DNA from: Lytechinus pictus
Taxonomy: Eukaryota
DNA: 64,000 nucleotides
NCBI RefSeq assembly: GCF_037042905.1
Contig: NC_087245.1
Location: 7,194,001-7,258,000 of the forward strand
Direction: 5' to 3'
The first letter of the stretch is position 1; every line of letters starts with the position of its first letter. Both the position numbers and the translations under genes were made by a program. The notes beneath the pieces are model-generated. The model did not search any database, was not told the DNA's origin, and saw only the letters and a list, made by a program, of their open reading frames with translations. Shown one piece after another: positions 14,085-26,913 of this stretch.

Positions 14085-14765
14085 CTCCAAGTGGTTACAA
14101 AACAATAAAAGTGGTCTACTGCAAAGGGGGAAACGCCTTTTACCTCAATGGGGCTCCAAAATGACGAATTTTCCAAGAAATGGGCAAAATACGCAAAAGG
14201 GGGTGTGGTGATTTCGGCAGCCCCCCCCCCCCCCCTGAAGGATATAGGCTTTGATATGGCTGCCAGCACTTCTTTATATGAAGCAGATAGAGGAAAGGCT
14301 ACTCTTTCGTTTCCAAGTGGTTTTAAAACAATAAAAGTGGCTTACATTATAGCCATGAAAGCAGAAACATCTTTTTGCCTCAATGAGGGCTCTGGATTTA
14401 TAGATTTTTCCATTAATTGGCAAAAAAATGGAAAAGTGGTGAGTGACTTTGGCAAACCCCGTAGGGGATAGGCTTTGTTGTGCCAGCACTTCTTTATATT
14501 TAGCTGATAGAGGAAAATCTATTTTCCATCCCCAAATGCTTCCAAAACAATAAAAGTGGTTTACTGCAAAGGGGAAACGCCTTTTGCCTCAATGGGGCTA
14601 AAAATGGCGAATTTTCCAAGAAATGGGCAAAATACAAAAAGGGGTTGGTGACTTCGGCAGACCCCTGAGGGGGTAGGATTTGCTGTGCCATCACTTCTTT
14701 GTATATTAACTGATAGAGAAAAGCCTACTCTTTTGCCTCCAAGTAATTTCAAGACAATAAAAGAA
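14085..14765 (+). repeat. Tandem repeat of ~210-225 bp, about 3 copies
   Basis: Anchor ccaa...aaaacaataaaag recurs at ~14087, 14313, 14532, 14739; copies 1 and 3 look most alike. Confidence 0.8.
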
Positions 14766-14929
14766 AGACCGATTTAATCTACTGTACTCTCTTTAAATGC
14801 ACGCCAGCGATCGCGTTGTAGTCGATATCAAATGTCTGACTAAGACACGGAGGTTGATTTTTGGTGTAACTTTATTGCAATATCGAGTAATACATTCGGA
14901 TGTATTTTCCCTTAATCTAAGCAAGTTAA

Positions 14930-15862
14930 GGACGTTCCACAAATAAAGTGAAATCCATGTCATTTTCACCAAACTTTGCACATAGATACTTTAGAACGTT
15001 AATATTCGAAATATGCAAAAATTAACAATGGTCCATGTGCTTGATTTTTTGCTATAGAGCTTCAAAGTTCACCCAAATTGATGTTCTTAAGAATTGCGCA
15101 TTCAAAAGAATTTGGCATTTTTAGACCTCGCAAGAATACTACAATGAGTTTAAACCTCTATTACTCAGTCAAAATACACGAAAAAGTCTTCAAATTTCGC
15201 AAAAGAGTTAATAATTGTATCGTTAGAATAGAGAATCTAATTATTGTGCTATTTGTTTGCAACTTTAAGTCTAACAGCACAGTCAGTTCTTAAAAATGGC
15301 GTAAAAGATAACAAAAACCCAATCTCAAAAATGTGAAATTTCAATAACAGACTACAAAAGTAAAATAAATGCTGCACTTTATTCAAAATCCATGTCATTT
15401 TCACCTAAATTTGCAAAGTTGTAGAGGAATCTATACTTAAAAGGTACAAACATTAAAAAATAGGGGTTCATGTGCTTGTTTTCAAACTATTAGCATTTTT
15501 ATATGAGCAAACGTGCTTTTTAAAAGACCAAAAATGCGCCAAATGCTTTGTATCTATGTGAAGAAAAATCAAAACCACTCTACCATTTATTCAAACTCGG
15601 GGTCATATTCGTGATTCTTGGCAGTACTGCAGAGTAAAGTATTTTGAAATTTTAGAGATATTTTTTTTAATGGTCCATGGAATAATTCCATTTTTTTAGC
15701 TTCATAAAATAACGCATCGGATGCAGTTAGGATGCAGATGATGAGAAAAATCAGCTCATACCCACAGCTAATTAATCACCTGTTCATCCATTGTGACGTC
15801 AGCGCGCGGAGTGTTAAATATGCGCAGATCATAATGCGCACAAACATAACTGTGGAACGTCC
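14930..15862 (+). mobile_element. Non-autonomous DNA transposon with TTAA TSD (Kolobok-like), copy 1
   Basis: TTAA-GGACGTTCCACA ... TGTGGAACGTCC-TTAA; highly similar full-length copy at 22516-23451. Confidence 0.9.
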
Positions 15863-16325
15863 TTAAGACATTAATATTGTTATGAAGCATATCAATTTTC
15901 TCGTTGATAGATCCACTTTCTTGTCGAATGCTGATATTTTGCATTAATTGTTGATGGTAATGATAAAACAGAAAGATATCAACGCACATGCAAATTTTTG
16001 ACCAAAAACATGGAAATTTTGGAATAAATTCTCACATTTTTCGAAAAATATTAACGGGACAGTCCCGAAAACGATTGCAATCGATTTATAATATCTTAAT
16101 CATAGTGAATTGTGTATTAATTTTAAGATTTTCCCATTATCTGTGCAAAAAATACAAGGATGAGGCATATCAATTAATTTTGGCAGCCATCTTGGATTTA
16201 TGCAAGTTAGAAGCCTTTCCCCTATTCGGATAGTTTGGGACTCAGAAATGCACTGTGGTGAAAAAAATTTTGTTGCAATTTGTTCCAAGTTTGGTCAAAA
16301 TTTGGGCTAAAATGACTGGACTAAT

Positions 16326-17420
16326 TCGTCTCGCCTAAACGAAGTTCGGCAGAGACCTAGTAGGCTACTCACTTTTCTTGTTGGTCTGTTGGTCCGTTAA
16401 TCTGTTCAAAAATGTCTTTGTACAACTTGCTCTCATTTCTTTATTTTTTGCATCAAATACTTGATATGATCCTTTGGTAAATGTAATACCACATGTGGGA
16501 TGTGACCCCATGAGAATGGTGGGGTCAAATGATATCAGGTCATGTTCATCCCTGTTTTAATTTTTTGTGCAACTCGCTCTCATTTCTTTATTTTTAGATC
16601 AACTTTGAACATACTTGGTAAAAATGATCCTTTGGTAATACCACATGTGTGTTGTTGAGGAAGGTTGGGTCAAATGTCATCTAGGGGTCAAAATGCCAAG
16701 TTTTTGTTCAACTTGGTTTTATTTCTTTATTTCTGCATCAATTATGTTCAGAGTTGATACATATAATCTTTGGGTAATACCACATGTGTGTCGTTGGTTC
16801 AGAGTTGATACATGTAATCTTTGGGTAATACCACATGTGTGTCGTTGAGGATAATGGGGACATATGTGATCTAGTGGTCAAAAGGTCAAATGATAATTAT
16901 GAGGTCATGTTTATCCGTGTTTTTTTCAAGTTTTTGTGCAACTTGTCCTCATTTCTTTATTTTTGCATCAATTTTGATCACACTTGGTGCAAATGATCAT
17001 TCGATAATGCCACATATGTGTGTTGTTGAGGATGATGGTGTCAGAGGTCATCTAAGGGTCAAAAGGTCAAGTTTTTGTTCAAGTTGCTCTTATTTCTTTA
17101 TTTCTGCATCAATTGTGTTTATACTTGGTACAAAATTTGATCCGTGGGTAATACCACATGTGTATTTATGAGGATGATGGGGTAAAAGGTCATCTAGGGG
17201 TCAAAAGATCAGATGATATGAGGTCATATCCATCCGTGCAGGTTTTTCTTCAATTTGCTCTGTTTTCTTTATGTCTGTATCAATTTTGTTTACACTATGT
17301 ACAAATGAATTTTGGGTATTACCACAAGTGTGTTCTTGAGGATGATAAGGTCAAGAGATCACATTGCATATTTTATTGATCGCGAAATCAGGCAAAACTC
17401 GTGGTTCGTTAACCACCTTG
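16326..17420 (+). mobile_element. Helentron/HINE-like element with internal tandem array
   Basis: 5' GTCTCGCCT with inverted GGCAGAGAC. Repeated gtaataccacatgtg/ggtcaaaaggtca units. 3' stem-loop GTGGTTCGTTAACCAC followed by CTTG. Confidence 0.65.
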
Positions 17421-17989
17421 AATTGTCAGTATAGTCAGTTTTTATTTTCAGTCATTAATTTCATGCACATGCAATCGTTGTCTGCATCCGTTGTCTATTC
17501 ATTATTTTGCAAGGAAAATTGAACAAATCATTTTGAACATGGATGAAAAGGAATGCTATTTGGACTCTGCTTAAGGTCTTGATAAAGAATACGCTAAGAC
17601 AATCATTTTAGAGAACAATTAATCACCCCCCGCCCCTGCAACCCAACAAACACCGGTTTGCAGATTTATGATATCGTATCGTTCAATTCATTTATTAATT
17701 TCCTATAATACCAAATATCATGCGACTCCCTTTTGTCATGATAATTATACCGATTGGCTGAAAATCTAAAAAGATTTATTAAAAAAAGAGAAACCTTTTT
17801 TGCCAGTCGGTATATGCCTATTTTGCCAGATTTCAACCCTACATGTCATAAACTTGCTCAATTTGGCATTGCTCTATTATTATCATGCTCATCTCTGTTT
17901 GTACACCAACCCGCTTCAACACAATATTTTTAGCACACAACTTTTTCAGTTTTAAGTTTTAGTGCAAGAGAGTAGGCCTACTATTGGTT

Positions 17990-18101
17990 AAAAGCGTTGC
18001 TCACGTCACGGGCATAGGAGTGTCTTTGGGTCGGAGATCGCACCCCGGACATTCTTGTGCCGATATAGTCAGGCGCCTTAGACCACTCGGCCACGGCACC
18101 C
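17990..18101 (-). mobile_element. tRNA-derived SINE head
   Basis: Minus strand GGGTGCCGTGGCCGAGTGGTCTAAGGCG (pol III A box) and GGTGCGATCTCC (degenerate B box); no complete cloverleaf. Confidence 0.65.
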
Positions 18102-18214
18102 CTTCCAGTTTGGTGAGTTATCCCAGCACTGGATGGGAATGATCGGGTGTGATCAACTTGATTAGGGCCCGGTCGCCTGAATTATGGAAGCAAAGCGGAT
18201 GTAAAACATAAAAA

Positions 18215-18863
18215 TTCTTGCCATCCGTTGGAAAACGCTATGCATCCGTTATGTAGGCCTACTCATTGCATACGTGTTGCATACGCTCTATCCATCGGGC
18301 ATCCGTCCACTGTGCTTTCATCCGCGCAAAAAGTTTTGAGCTGCACAAAACTTATAGAATGGATATGAACGTTCCGCCGGTACGATGTAAATCCGCAACA
18401 TATACGAGCAACAAACGTTCCATGTCCGTTACCATCCGTTAAACGTCCGCTATATCATATCTGCATCCTCTGGGCATCCTCGCAACTCAGATCCACTGAA
18501 GCTTAATAATGGAAAGAGGGATGAAAGATAAGGTACATGGAACGTATATACATCGTTATTAGCACGGATATAGAAAGGATAAATGCGTATGCATCTCGTA
18601 AAAGTATTCAAAGCCCCCGGTAAACCCTTCGGAGCTGCCATCCACTTCCATCCGTTTTCATCCGCAAGGTTTCTGATGAACAACCGTTTAACATCCGAGC
18701 TACATATACTACCCACGTCCGTTCTTTTTCGTTATTTTTTTCGCCAATTTAGTCAATTTCTCGAGCGGATGAAAACGGATGGAGCCACCCGCGAATTTTT
18801 TCTCGTCCGCTGTGTCCTCCTATGAATACGTTTTTGTATCTGTCAGCCAGTGGTACCAGGCAT
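18215..18863. mobile_element. Fragment of a DNA element rich in CATCCG/CGGAT short repeats
   Basis: Many atccg/cggat motifs; apparent terminus CAGTGGTACCAGGC at the right; the other end was not found. Confidence 0.4.
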
Positions 18864-19744
18864 TTGCCAGTGCCGACTAGCATGATATGCTAACTTTGTT
18901 AACGGCAACTAGAATAAATATATGATTTCGATTGGCTATTAATATTGTTGACATGGTACTAGTAATTACCGTTGCCTGGCAAAGTTACCATGATATCATT
19001 TTTTATGCAACGGGCCCGTTCCAGTTATAATATGTGTTATCATAATAAGTTTGAAATAGGTATGTCTCACGTTTACCTCAAGTCAAAGTGACTCTTCATG
19101 CACACCATGGCGCTTGCTCCGGTGACAATTGTTCCACTTACCACTGGCGTACATTTGGGAGTACACGGCAGCTTGGGGAATATGGACCCACCCCCACCCC
19201 CGAAAAAATCACGACTAGACCAAAAAAAAGGAACAGGACAGGAAAATGTGAAATATGATACTATTTTTGATATCATGTCAAAATCGATCAAAATGTTGTA
19301 CTTGAATTTGAAAAGGGTAAAAAGAAAATTGAGCTCGCACGCAGCTTTAAAAAAAGTTATCTTGAACCATTCGTTAAGTCTAGCCCCTCGATATTTTGGT
19401 TCATATACGCTGTACTTTCAGCTGAACGTCATACAATGCATCACAGTATTAATATGTTCGTTTATTCAGCGAGTGTCTGTTCGTAAGACTATGTGTGGTT
19501 GAAGGGTTGAACCGTTTTGAAGATGCGCATTGAGGCAAGATGTTCCGCTTTGTGAAAGGTCATTACGCAACGAAGCAATGGAATGCTACTGATCTTATTC
19601 ATAACTCTCTTCTCGACCAACGCCTTCTATTATATCTATTCAATAAAAGGATATACCCTTTCATATATCTCCCGTTCATCATAGTGAAGTGGCATAATCA
19701 GAAGGAATTTTGAAGGGGAGGGGGTGAGCCTAAGAGCCTAGTCC

Positions 19745-19906
19745 CTGGGCCCCATTACATAAAAATTACTATTATGGCAACTTTGCCATCTAATGGTAAC
19801 TGCCATGGTAACGCTGATCATCAACAAATCAGAATCAAGGATTCTAGCCAAGTTCCCATGGATGGCAAAGTTACCATCACGGTAAATCAAATGCAACTGG
19901 GCCCAG
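19745..19906. mobile_element. Short palindromic MITE with GGGCCC termini
   Basis: CTGGGCCCCATTACAT ... ATGCAACTGGGCCCAG; sister copy at 20524-20681 and a partial copy ending near 19017. Confidence 0.7.
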
Positions 19907-20523
19907 AAGAGTAGAAATATATGTACGAGTAAAAATCAGTTTAATATGAGGGGTGAAATATGATCTATTATTTTTTAAGTGATACATTTACCTCTACTAA
20001 TATTCAAATTTAATTAGGAGCGGTGATTTCTCGCCATTTTTTGAACAGTCAGAGGGCTGGACGAGACAGCCCTCTCAATTTCATTGATTTTCAAAATCCA
20101 ATACTTCAGAGGCAAGCCCCCCCCCCCCCCCCCGATCACTGCCCATGCAGAAGTTACAGTAGTTTCCTTTATCTTATGAAAGGAAACCATTTTTCAGATG
20201 GAATAAAACTACTTTTCCTCCAAATTAAGTACATGTAAACCGCATTGGTTACATGTAGAATGCTTTTAGTGTTTGCGAATGTGATATAGTTGATTTGTCA
20301 ATGTTGATTATAATTTTCTTGTATGCTTGCATCTGATGTTTTATCAGGTAGTTTTAAGTAGTTCACTTTTTGTTACCTTGACACTTTCCCCTTCTCTTTC
20401 AGAGTTTTCATCCTCATAGTCCATGTAATTTTGTCATTAGAAAATTGTATTGAATTCTTCCATTCGCATGCACTGGTAATACATGTATATCATATGCCTG
20501 GTAAATCTATGTGTAATTCACAA

Positions 20524-20681
20524 GGGCCCCGTTGCATAAAAGTTACTATGATGGTAACTTTACAATCCAATGGTAACTACCATGGTAACGATAATTAACA
20601 GTCAATCAGAATCAAGGATTCCATGCAAGTTACCATTGCATGGCAAAGATGCCATAATGGTAATTTTTATGCAATGGGCCC
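20524..20681. mobile_element. Short palindromic MITE, same family as 19745-19906
   Basis: GGGCCCCGTTGCATAAAA ... TTTTATGCAATGGGCCC; shared internal ggtaactaccatggtaac and cagaatcaaggatt. Confidence 0.75.
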
Positions 20682-21926
20682 TGCCCTGATGATTTAAATG
20701 AACACCAATGAATACCATAATGATCATAATTATACATGTATAATGTTTCCAGTCTGTGAATGTGAAAGTTGACCAGTCAATGTTGATTATGATTCTCATT
20801 TTAAACGCTCTATTGAATCTTTGTTGAAGTATAGGGGGATTCGCCCCTCCCCTCCCTATTAGACAATAGACGTCGACCGGTGCAAGAGAGCGTACACTGT
20901 ACAGTACCCCATCAGTCTATTGTACTTAATTTTTTTGTAAAAGCCAGCACAAGATCGTCTCTTGAGTAACAGATTTTGGGTTTGGTGGTGTCAACGTGCA
21001 TCTGTCTCCTACGGTCGACCCCATTTCCAGTGCGTGGAGATGTCCATTGGACACCTAGCAAAGTTTTTGTGATTGGTCCTTTGAATTTGCCGTATTTTAC
21101 TCCAAATTGATGCGGAAACTAGAATGTTCATGATTTAACATGCTGGAATAAAAAGAAGTCGCAAAAAGCCTGGGACAATAACAGACGCCAATATGCCAAG
21201 CAATGATCGATTTCGATGGAGTCATTTCGACCGGCAGTTTACCCTTGTGATCTTGATCATCTCATCTCGGATCATATCCTCGATAGCAACAGGTAACCGC
21301 CGCCCCCCCCCCCCCAATGAATCTAAATATATTATAAAATCTATCACTATAAAAACCTACACGAGATAATTTCAATTTCATTATTTGAAACAGAGAACAT
21401 AGACTGAAAATTATTGTCGACGATTTACATATACCGCATAATCGTATAAAGGTAATTTGGGGGTCCATCAGATACTCTTCTATAATTCAATCGTGATGAA
21501 TTTATTTGTATTGTTACTGTGCATTTGTTATAGAAATTGTACACTATTAAATTTGAGCTTCTTTTTGTAATGTTCAATTTGACGTTGCACCCTCTATAAG
21601 CCTATCGAAAGCAGCCAACGATGTGTAAGTGACTGTGGGCGTGTTCGATGTGCAATATTAATGGTTTCATGACATTTGCTCCGACCGATTAAAAATTCTG
21701 CATAAAACCTTACCTTCAACTCCAATCCTCATTTTTACATTATTCTGAACCAAAAAAAAAGTATCATAATTCTAACTCTTCCTATGCCGTCTGAGATATT
21801 ATCGGGGGGGGGGGGTCACTGCCATTTAAAAGTGGACAACATCCGCAATAAAAAGAAAAGACAAAATAACCGCGGAAAAGGAGGCGTTTTCGCGGGTAGG
21901 CGCGGGAGGTGTAGAACGCGAATTAA

Positions 21927-22511
21927 AGGCGAATGAAACCTTTGGAATAAGTAGGTTTTTGTCGAAACAAAAAAATCAAAGTAACAGATCAACGAAAGTT
22001 TGAGAAAAATCAGACAAACAATGAGAAAGTTATGAGCATTTGAATATTGCAATCACTAATGCTATGGAGATCATCCCATTGGCAATGCGACAAGGATGTG
22101 TGATGTCACATGTGAACAACTTTCCCTTTGATGGACTGTAAAATACCTCCAAAATGTCTCTTTTTGCTTTTTCTTGTGGTGATACAAACACTTTATCCAT
22201 GATGTATTCTTTAACAATATGTATTACATGCCCTCCTATAGGAAGAACACATGATCTACTGATAAATGTGATAAAAGAGACAATTTAAGTGATATATGTA
22301 CTAAAGTAATGGGGGGAGTTGTTCACAGGTGACATCACACATCTTTGTCGCATTGCCAATGTGAGGATCTCCATAGCATTAGTGATCGCAATATTCAAAT
22401 GCTCATAACCTTCTCATTATTTGTCCAATTTTTCTTAAATTATTGTTGATATGTTTCTTTGATTTTTCTGTTTTCACACAAGCTATCTTGTTCTGAAGGT
22501 TTCATTCTCCT
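21927..22511. mobile_element. TTAA-flanked palindromic MITE
   Basis: TTAA-AGGCGAATGAAACC ... GGTTTCATTCTCCT-TTAA; arms are inverted copies (gcaatcactaatgctatggagatc / gatctccatagcattagtgatcgc). Confidence 0.85.
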
Positions 22512-22515
22512 TTAA

Positions 22516-23451
22516 GGACGTTCCACAGTTAAAATGAAATCCATGTCATTTTCACCAAACTTTGCACATAGATACTTTAGAACCTGAATATTCGAAATAT
22601 GCAAAAATTAACATAGGTCCATGTGCTTGATTTTTTGCTATGGAGCTTCAAAGTTCACCCGAATGAATGTTCTTACGGATTGCGCATTCAAAAGAATTTG
22701 GCATTTTTAGACCTCGCAAGATCACTACAATAAGTTTAAACCTCTATTACTCAGTCAAAATACATGAAAAAGTCATCAAATTTCGCAAGAGAGTTAATAA
22801 GTGTATCGTTAGAATGGAGAATCTATTTATAGTGCTATTTGTTTGCAATTTTAAGTCTAACAGCACTGTGAGTTCTTAAAAATGGCGTAAAACATAACAA
22901 AAACCCAATCTCAAAAAAGTGAAATTTCAATAACAAACTACAAAAGTACAATAAATGCTGCACTTTATTCAAAATCCATGTCATTTTTACAAAAATTTGC
23001 AAAGTTGTAGAGGAAGGTATACCCAAGAGGTGCAAACATTAAAAAATAGGGCTTCATGTGCTTGTTTTCAAACTATCAGCATTTTCATTAGAGCAAATGT
23101 GCTTTTTAAAACACCAAAAATGCGCCAAATGCTTTGTATCTATGAGAAGAAAAAATCAAAACCACTCTACCATTTATTTAAACTCGGGGTCATATTTGTG
23201 ATTTTTGGCAGCACTGCAGAGTAAAGTATTTTAAAATTGTAGAGATGTTTTTTTAAATGGTCCATGGAATAATTAAAGTTTTTTAGCTTCATAAACTAAC
23301 GCATCGGATCTGCAGTTAGAGTGCAGATGATGAGAAAATTCAGTTTATACCCACAGCTAATTAATCACCTGTTCATTCATTGTGACGTCAGCGCGCAGAG
23401 TGTAAAATATGCGCAGATCATAATGCGCACAAACATAACTGTGGAACGTCC
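22516..23451 (+). mobile_element. Non-autonomous DNA transposon with TTAA TSD (Kolobok-like), copy 2
   Basis: TTAA-GGACGTTCCACAGTTA ... TAACTGTGGAACGTCC-TTAA; collinear with 14930-15862. Confidence 0.9.
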
Positions 23452-25149
23452 TTAAGTGTAAAAAGCCCCCTCCCCCCACAAAAAATACGATTATGGCGCG
23501 CCATGTGTCCCATAAAGGCGATAAACTCAGTTTATATAAATTTAGTTTTTCACCGATAAACTAAGTTTTTCGTTTTTCGCTGATAACTAATTTCTTGATC
23601 GAAAAAAATAGATTTATCGAGAAAAACTCAGTTAATCACCAAAAAACCAAGTTTATCGCTCGAACAAACTAAGTTTTTCGAGTGATAAACTTATTTTTTT
23701 CAATTTAAAATGTAAAAAAACATATAGTTTATCGAGTGTAAACTGAGGTTTTCACTTGAAAAACAGCGCTAGTTTTCCAAAATCGATAGTTTATCGAGTT
23801 ATTTCGATAATAGTTATTCAATACAGATGTAGGGGGTGTGGATAAGGGTTTTTATAAGGAGGTCAATGTCATTGGGTCCAAGGGCGCTTGAAGTGGGTGC
23901 AGAGTTGGCACTTGCCCCCCCCCCCAAAAAAAAAAATAATAATAATAATAATAAGAATAATAATAATTATAATAAATAAAAAATCATTAAACAAATAAAT
24001 GAATAAAACATTTAAAAAATAAATAAATAAAAATGAAACGGGGGGGGGGGGGTAAACCCAGGTCGTACTCGGATTTTTTTCCTTGGGGTAAGATTCATAC
24101 AGATGTTACAAGAAACTTGAAAGCGAATGAGCAATGTGACCGAGCTTGTCATGGGGGTGCTTCTGCATTTTCCAAAGTAAAATTGAAGGATTTCGTGCAC
24201 AATTTTGGATAATTTTGGCAAAATGTTCTGTAAAAAAAATGTAAGTTCTCAATATGTTTGGGGGAAACTGTCGTTCTCCCGCCATGCCCCGTATGTGCCC
24301 CTTAAAATTAAGAAATAATGGAAAAAAAAACAATGAAGGCACTTTTGTCTAAAATTGTCAATTTCATAACTGAAAAAAACTGAAATTTTCGCCCCTCAAG
24401 TTGTACTACACTTATCATTAGATTCAATGTACATGTAAATCCTATGGGAATTATTTGGGGCAATTAAGTGCCCCCACTATCCGGTTCCGCTGCTCCTACA
24501 GAAACGAAAAAGCTCAAATTGCAATTACCTTACATTTAACAGCCTGAAAGATTTGAACTAACAAGAAAAGAAAAGGGACATTCATCAGAAGTAAATAATG
24601 ACATTTAATTAGGGCACTTAATCAGAGGTGAAAATGGGCAAGCTGGAGAAGAATTTAATTGTGACAAAGGGATTTAAATAGGCGATAAATTTCTCACTTC
24701 CAACACTGCATGACAATTTCTGGACAAAAGTGTCTTTTTTTTTTACTTTTTAAACGAGAAAAAACCCTAGCTACTGGTTTTTGGTGGTTTAAACCCCGAG
24801 TTGGGTTTTTCATTTTCGATTCACAAAGGATTTTAAAACCAATGACAATAATCCCCTTTTTTAAACACTCATACACCCCCCCCCCCCCGCAGATTCCTTA
24901 CTGCAAAACCGACAGAAATGAATAACTAGCTCTGATTATCGAAATCGTACTTAGTTTTATCTTTTAAATCGAAAAACTTAGATAAACTCAGATTTACGCC
25001 GATAGACTCAGCACTTGACAAACTAATGTATAAAAAAAAAATGTTTTTCAGTCGAAAAGCATAGGTATTAGGTATAGGCACAGGGCACAGCCCCATACCT
25101 CATGTCCTCATAACAAGTGTGGCGGAAGAAACGCATTATAAAGCATTAT

Positions 25150-25900
25150 CAACACAGACTGTGGTACATAATTCTTCATCCTATAAATAATTCCTACCTT
25201 CTTGCGAAGTATTAGAGTAACTTTCTTGATAATGTTCATTCCAGAGTAAATGTCTATCTATATAAATACCAACATATAATGTAGCGTATACTTTTTGGAG
25301 GGTGTATCCCTTCAGGTCAACTGAACCCTCCGCAAAAATCACCTTCTTTCGTGGTTTTATCACCATGTATTTTGTTTTCTTTGTATTGAAGTTTAATTGT
25401 TGTTTTTTTGCATCGCACCATTTGGTTACATAATTGGAAAAAGTCTCCTATTCCGTCTCACATACTCATTAACTCATACATCAGCCGGTAATTTAACATT
25501 TACTGTGTCAGCTTCAAAATACTGGAATGATTTGTCTCTTATAAGAAGACAGTTCCCGTTAATAGCAATTTTCAAAAAAGCATTAAAACGCATCTTTTTC
25601 GTTGTTTGTACTTTTATAGCTTAAAAGCCTTACACAATTTATTTAAATCCTTTATTTTTCATTGTAAGCCATTTTGGCCTAATGGGAAAAGTGCCGTATG
25701 TTAAAGTAATAATTAATATTAGTATAACTTCAGTTAAATTCATTTTAGTATGATTTGAAGGGAATAAATGAAAGATATTAGCCATCCGCAAGTAATCGAT
25801 AATCGAAATATGTTCATGCTCTTGGTCACCAATATATATAAAAAATGAAGTTGGTCCCAGAACCTAGCCTTGCGGAACACCGCACAAGGTAACGTGTTTC
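25150..25900. mobile_element. Decayed LINE reverse-transcriptase fragments on both strands
   Basis: Minus: CGVPQG*VLGPTSFFIYI (~25830-25885) and VGIYIDRHLLWNEH (~25230-25275). Plus: TFTVSASKYWNDL...FKKALK C-terminal motif (~25495-25590). Confidence 0.7.
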
Positions 25901-26104
25901 TTCCAGTTGATTTGTAACAGTTAGGGTTTGGAACTTCACTGGATGATGGGCTATATGCTGATTGAAAGGAGAACTGTCATCTGGTACTGCGGCTACACTT
26001 TTGTAGGCCTACATATAAACACTAATTTCCACTACGTATAGTTGCATCCATGTTTTACTGAATTACGTGTTGACATCACTTAAGCCCTCGCCTAAAATAG
26101 TATA

Positions 26105-26913
26105 CAGTGCGTCCCAGAAAAAAACGAAACCGAGATTTAGCGATGATTTATCATAACTTAATCATTACTAAAATAGACAAATGACCTACCAATGTAATGC
26201 TTAGAATCCCCTCTTTCATCTGGCATTACTTAGATTATTCCTCATTCACGCATCAGTGAACAAAAACAATTCGAAGAAAGGATGACAAAAACTCATTTGG
26301 CGGGGGTTTCTGAATTTCAAAAAGAAAATCACATGACTAAAAAGTTCAATATCTGCTCTTTTGTTTGATACCATAATCACAGAAAATAGAAAATGGTCAA
26401 GAAGTAAAAAAAATTATGATCCCTCGAAACAATGCTTGTATTTCCATAATTTCTTTAAATAAACGTGTTTTCACCGGTTTCCCACAGAAGCTATCGCACG
26501 GTAACAAAAGACTTAATGCATGGCTGATCGTCAACAAAATGGAGTGTTGAGTGAATTTGAAGGCTAGCCTGTAAAATTTCTTAATTTCATGAAATTATTG
26601 AAATTCAAGCCTTATTTCAAATAACCAGAACTTTGTTATTTCTCGACCATTTTCTGTAATTGAGGTATCAAATTAAAGAGCAGATATTGAACTTTTTAAA
26701 ACTGTGGTTTTCTTTTTAAAACCCAGGTACGACCCCCCAAATGAGTTTTTGGCATCCTTTCTTCAAATTGTTTTTGCTCACTCATGCGTGAATGAAGAAT
26801 AATCTAAGTAATACCAGATGAAAGAGGAGATTCTAAGCTTTAAGATGGTAGGTAATTTGTCAAATGTAATTGTGATTAAGTTATGATAAATCATTTTTTT
26901 GTGGGACGCACTG
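26105..26913. mobile_element. Tc1/mariner-like palindromic MITE
   Basis: TA-CAGTGCGTCCCA ... TGGGACGCACTG-TA with long inverted arms; truncated second copy from 51061. Confidence 0.9.

Noticed and set aside
15078..15293. Repeated 70-aa ORF also seen at 22667-22879
   Set aside because: The similarity reflects two copies of a non-coding transposon; no recognisable domain.
19078..19109. Candidate first coding exon on the minus strand (gcgccATGG...TTGAG|gtaaac)
   Set aside because: Good start context and donor, but no signal-peptide character, phase incompatible with the collagen exon, and adjacent to a transposon end; unsupported without transcripts.
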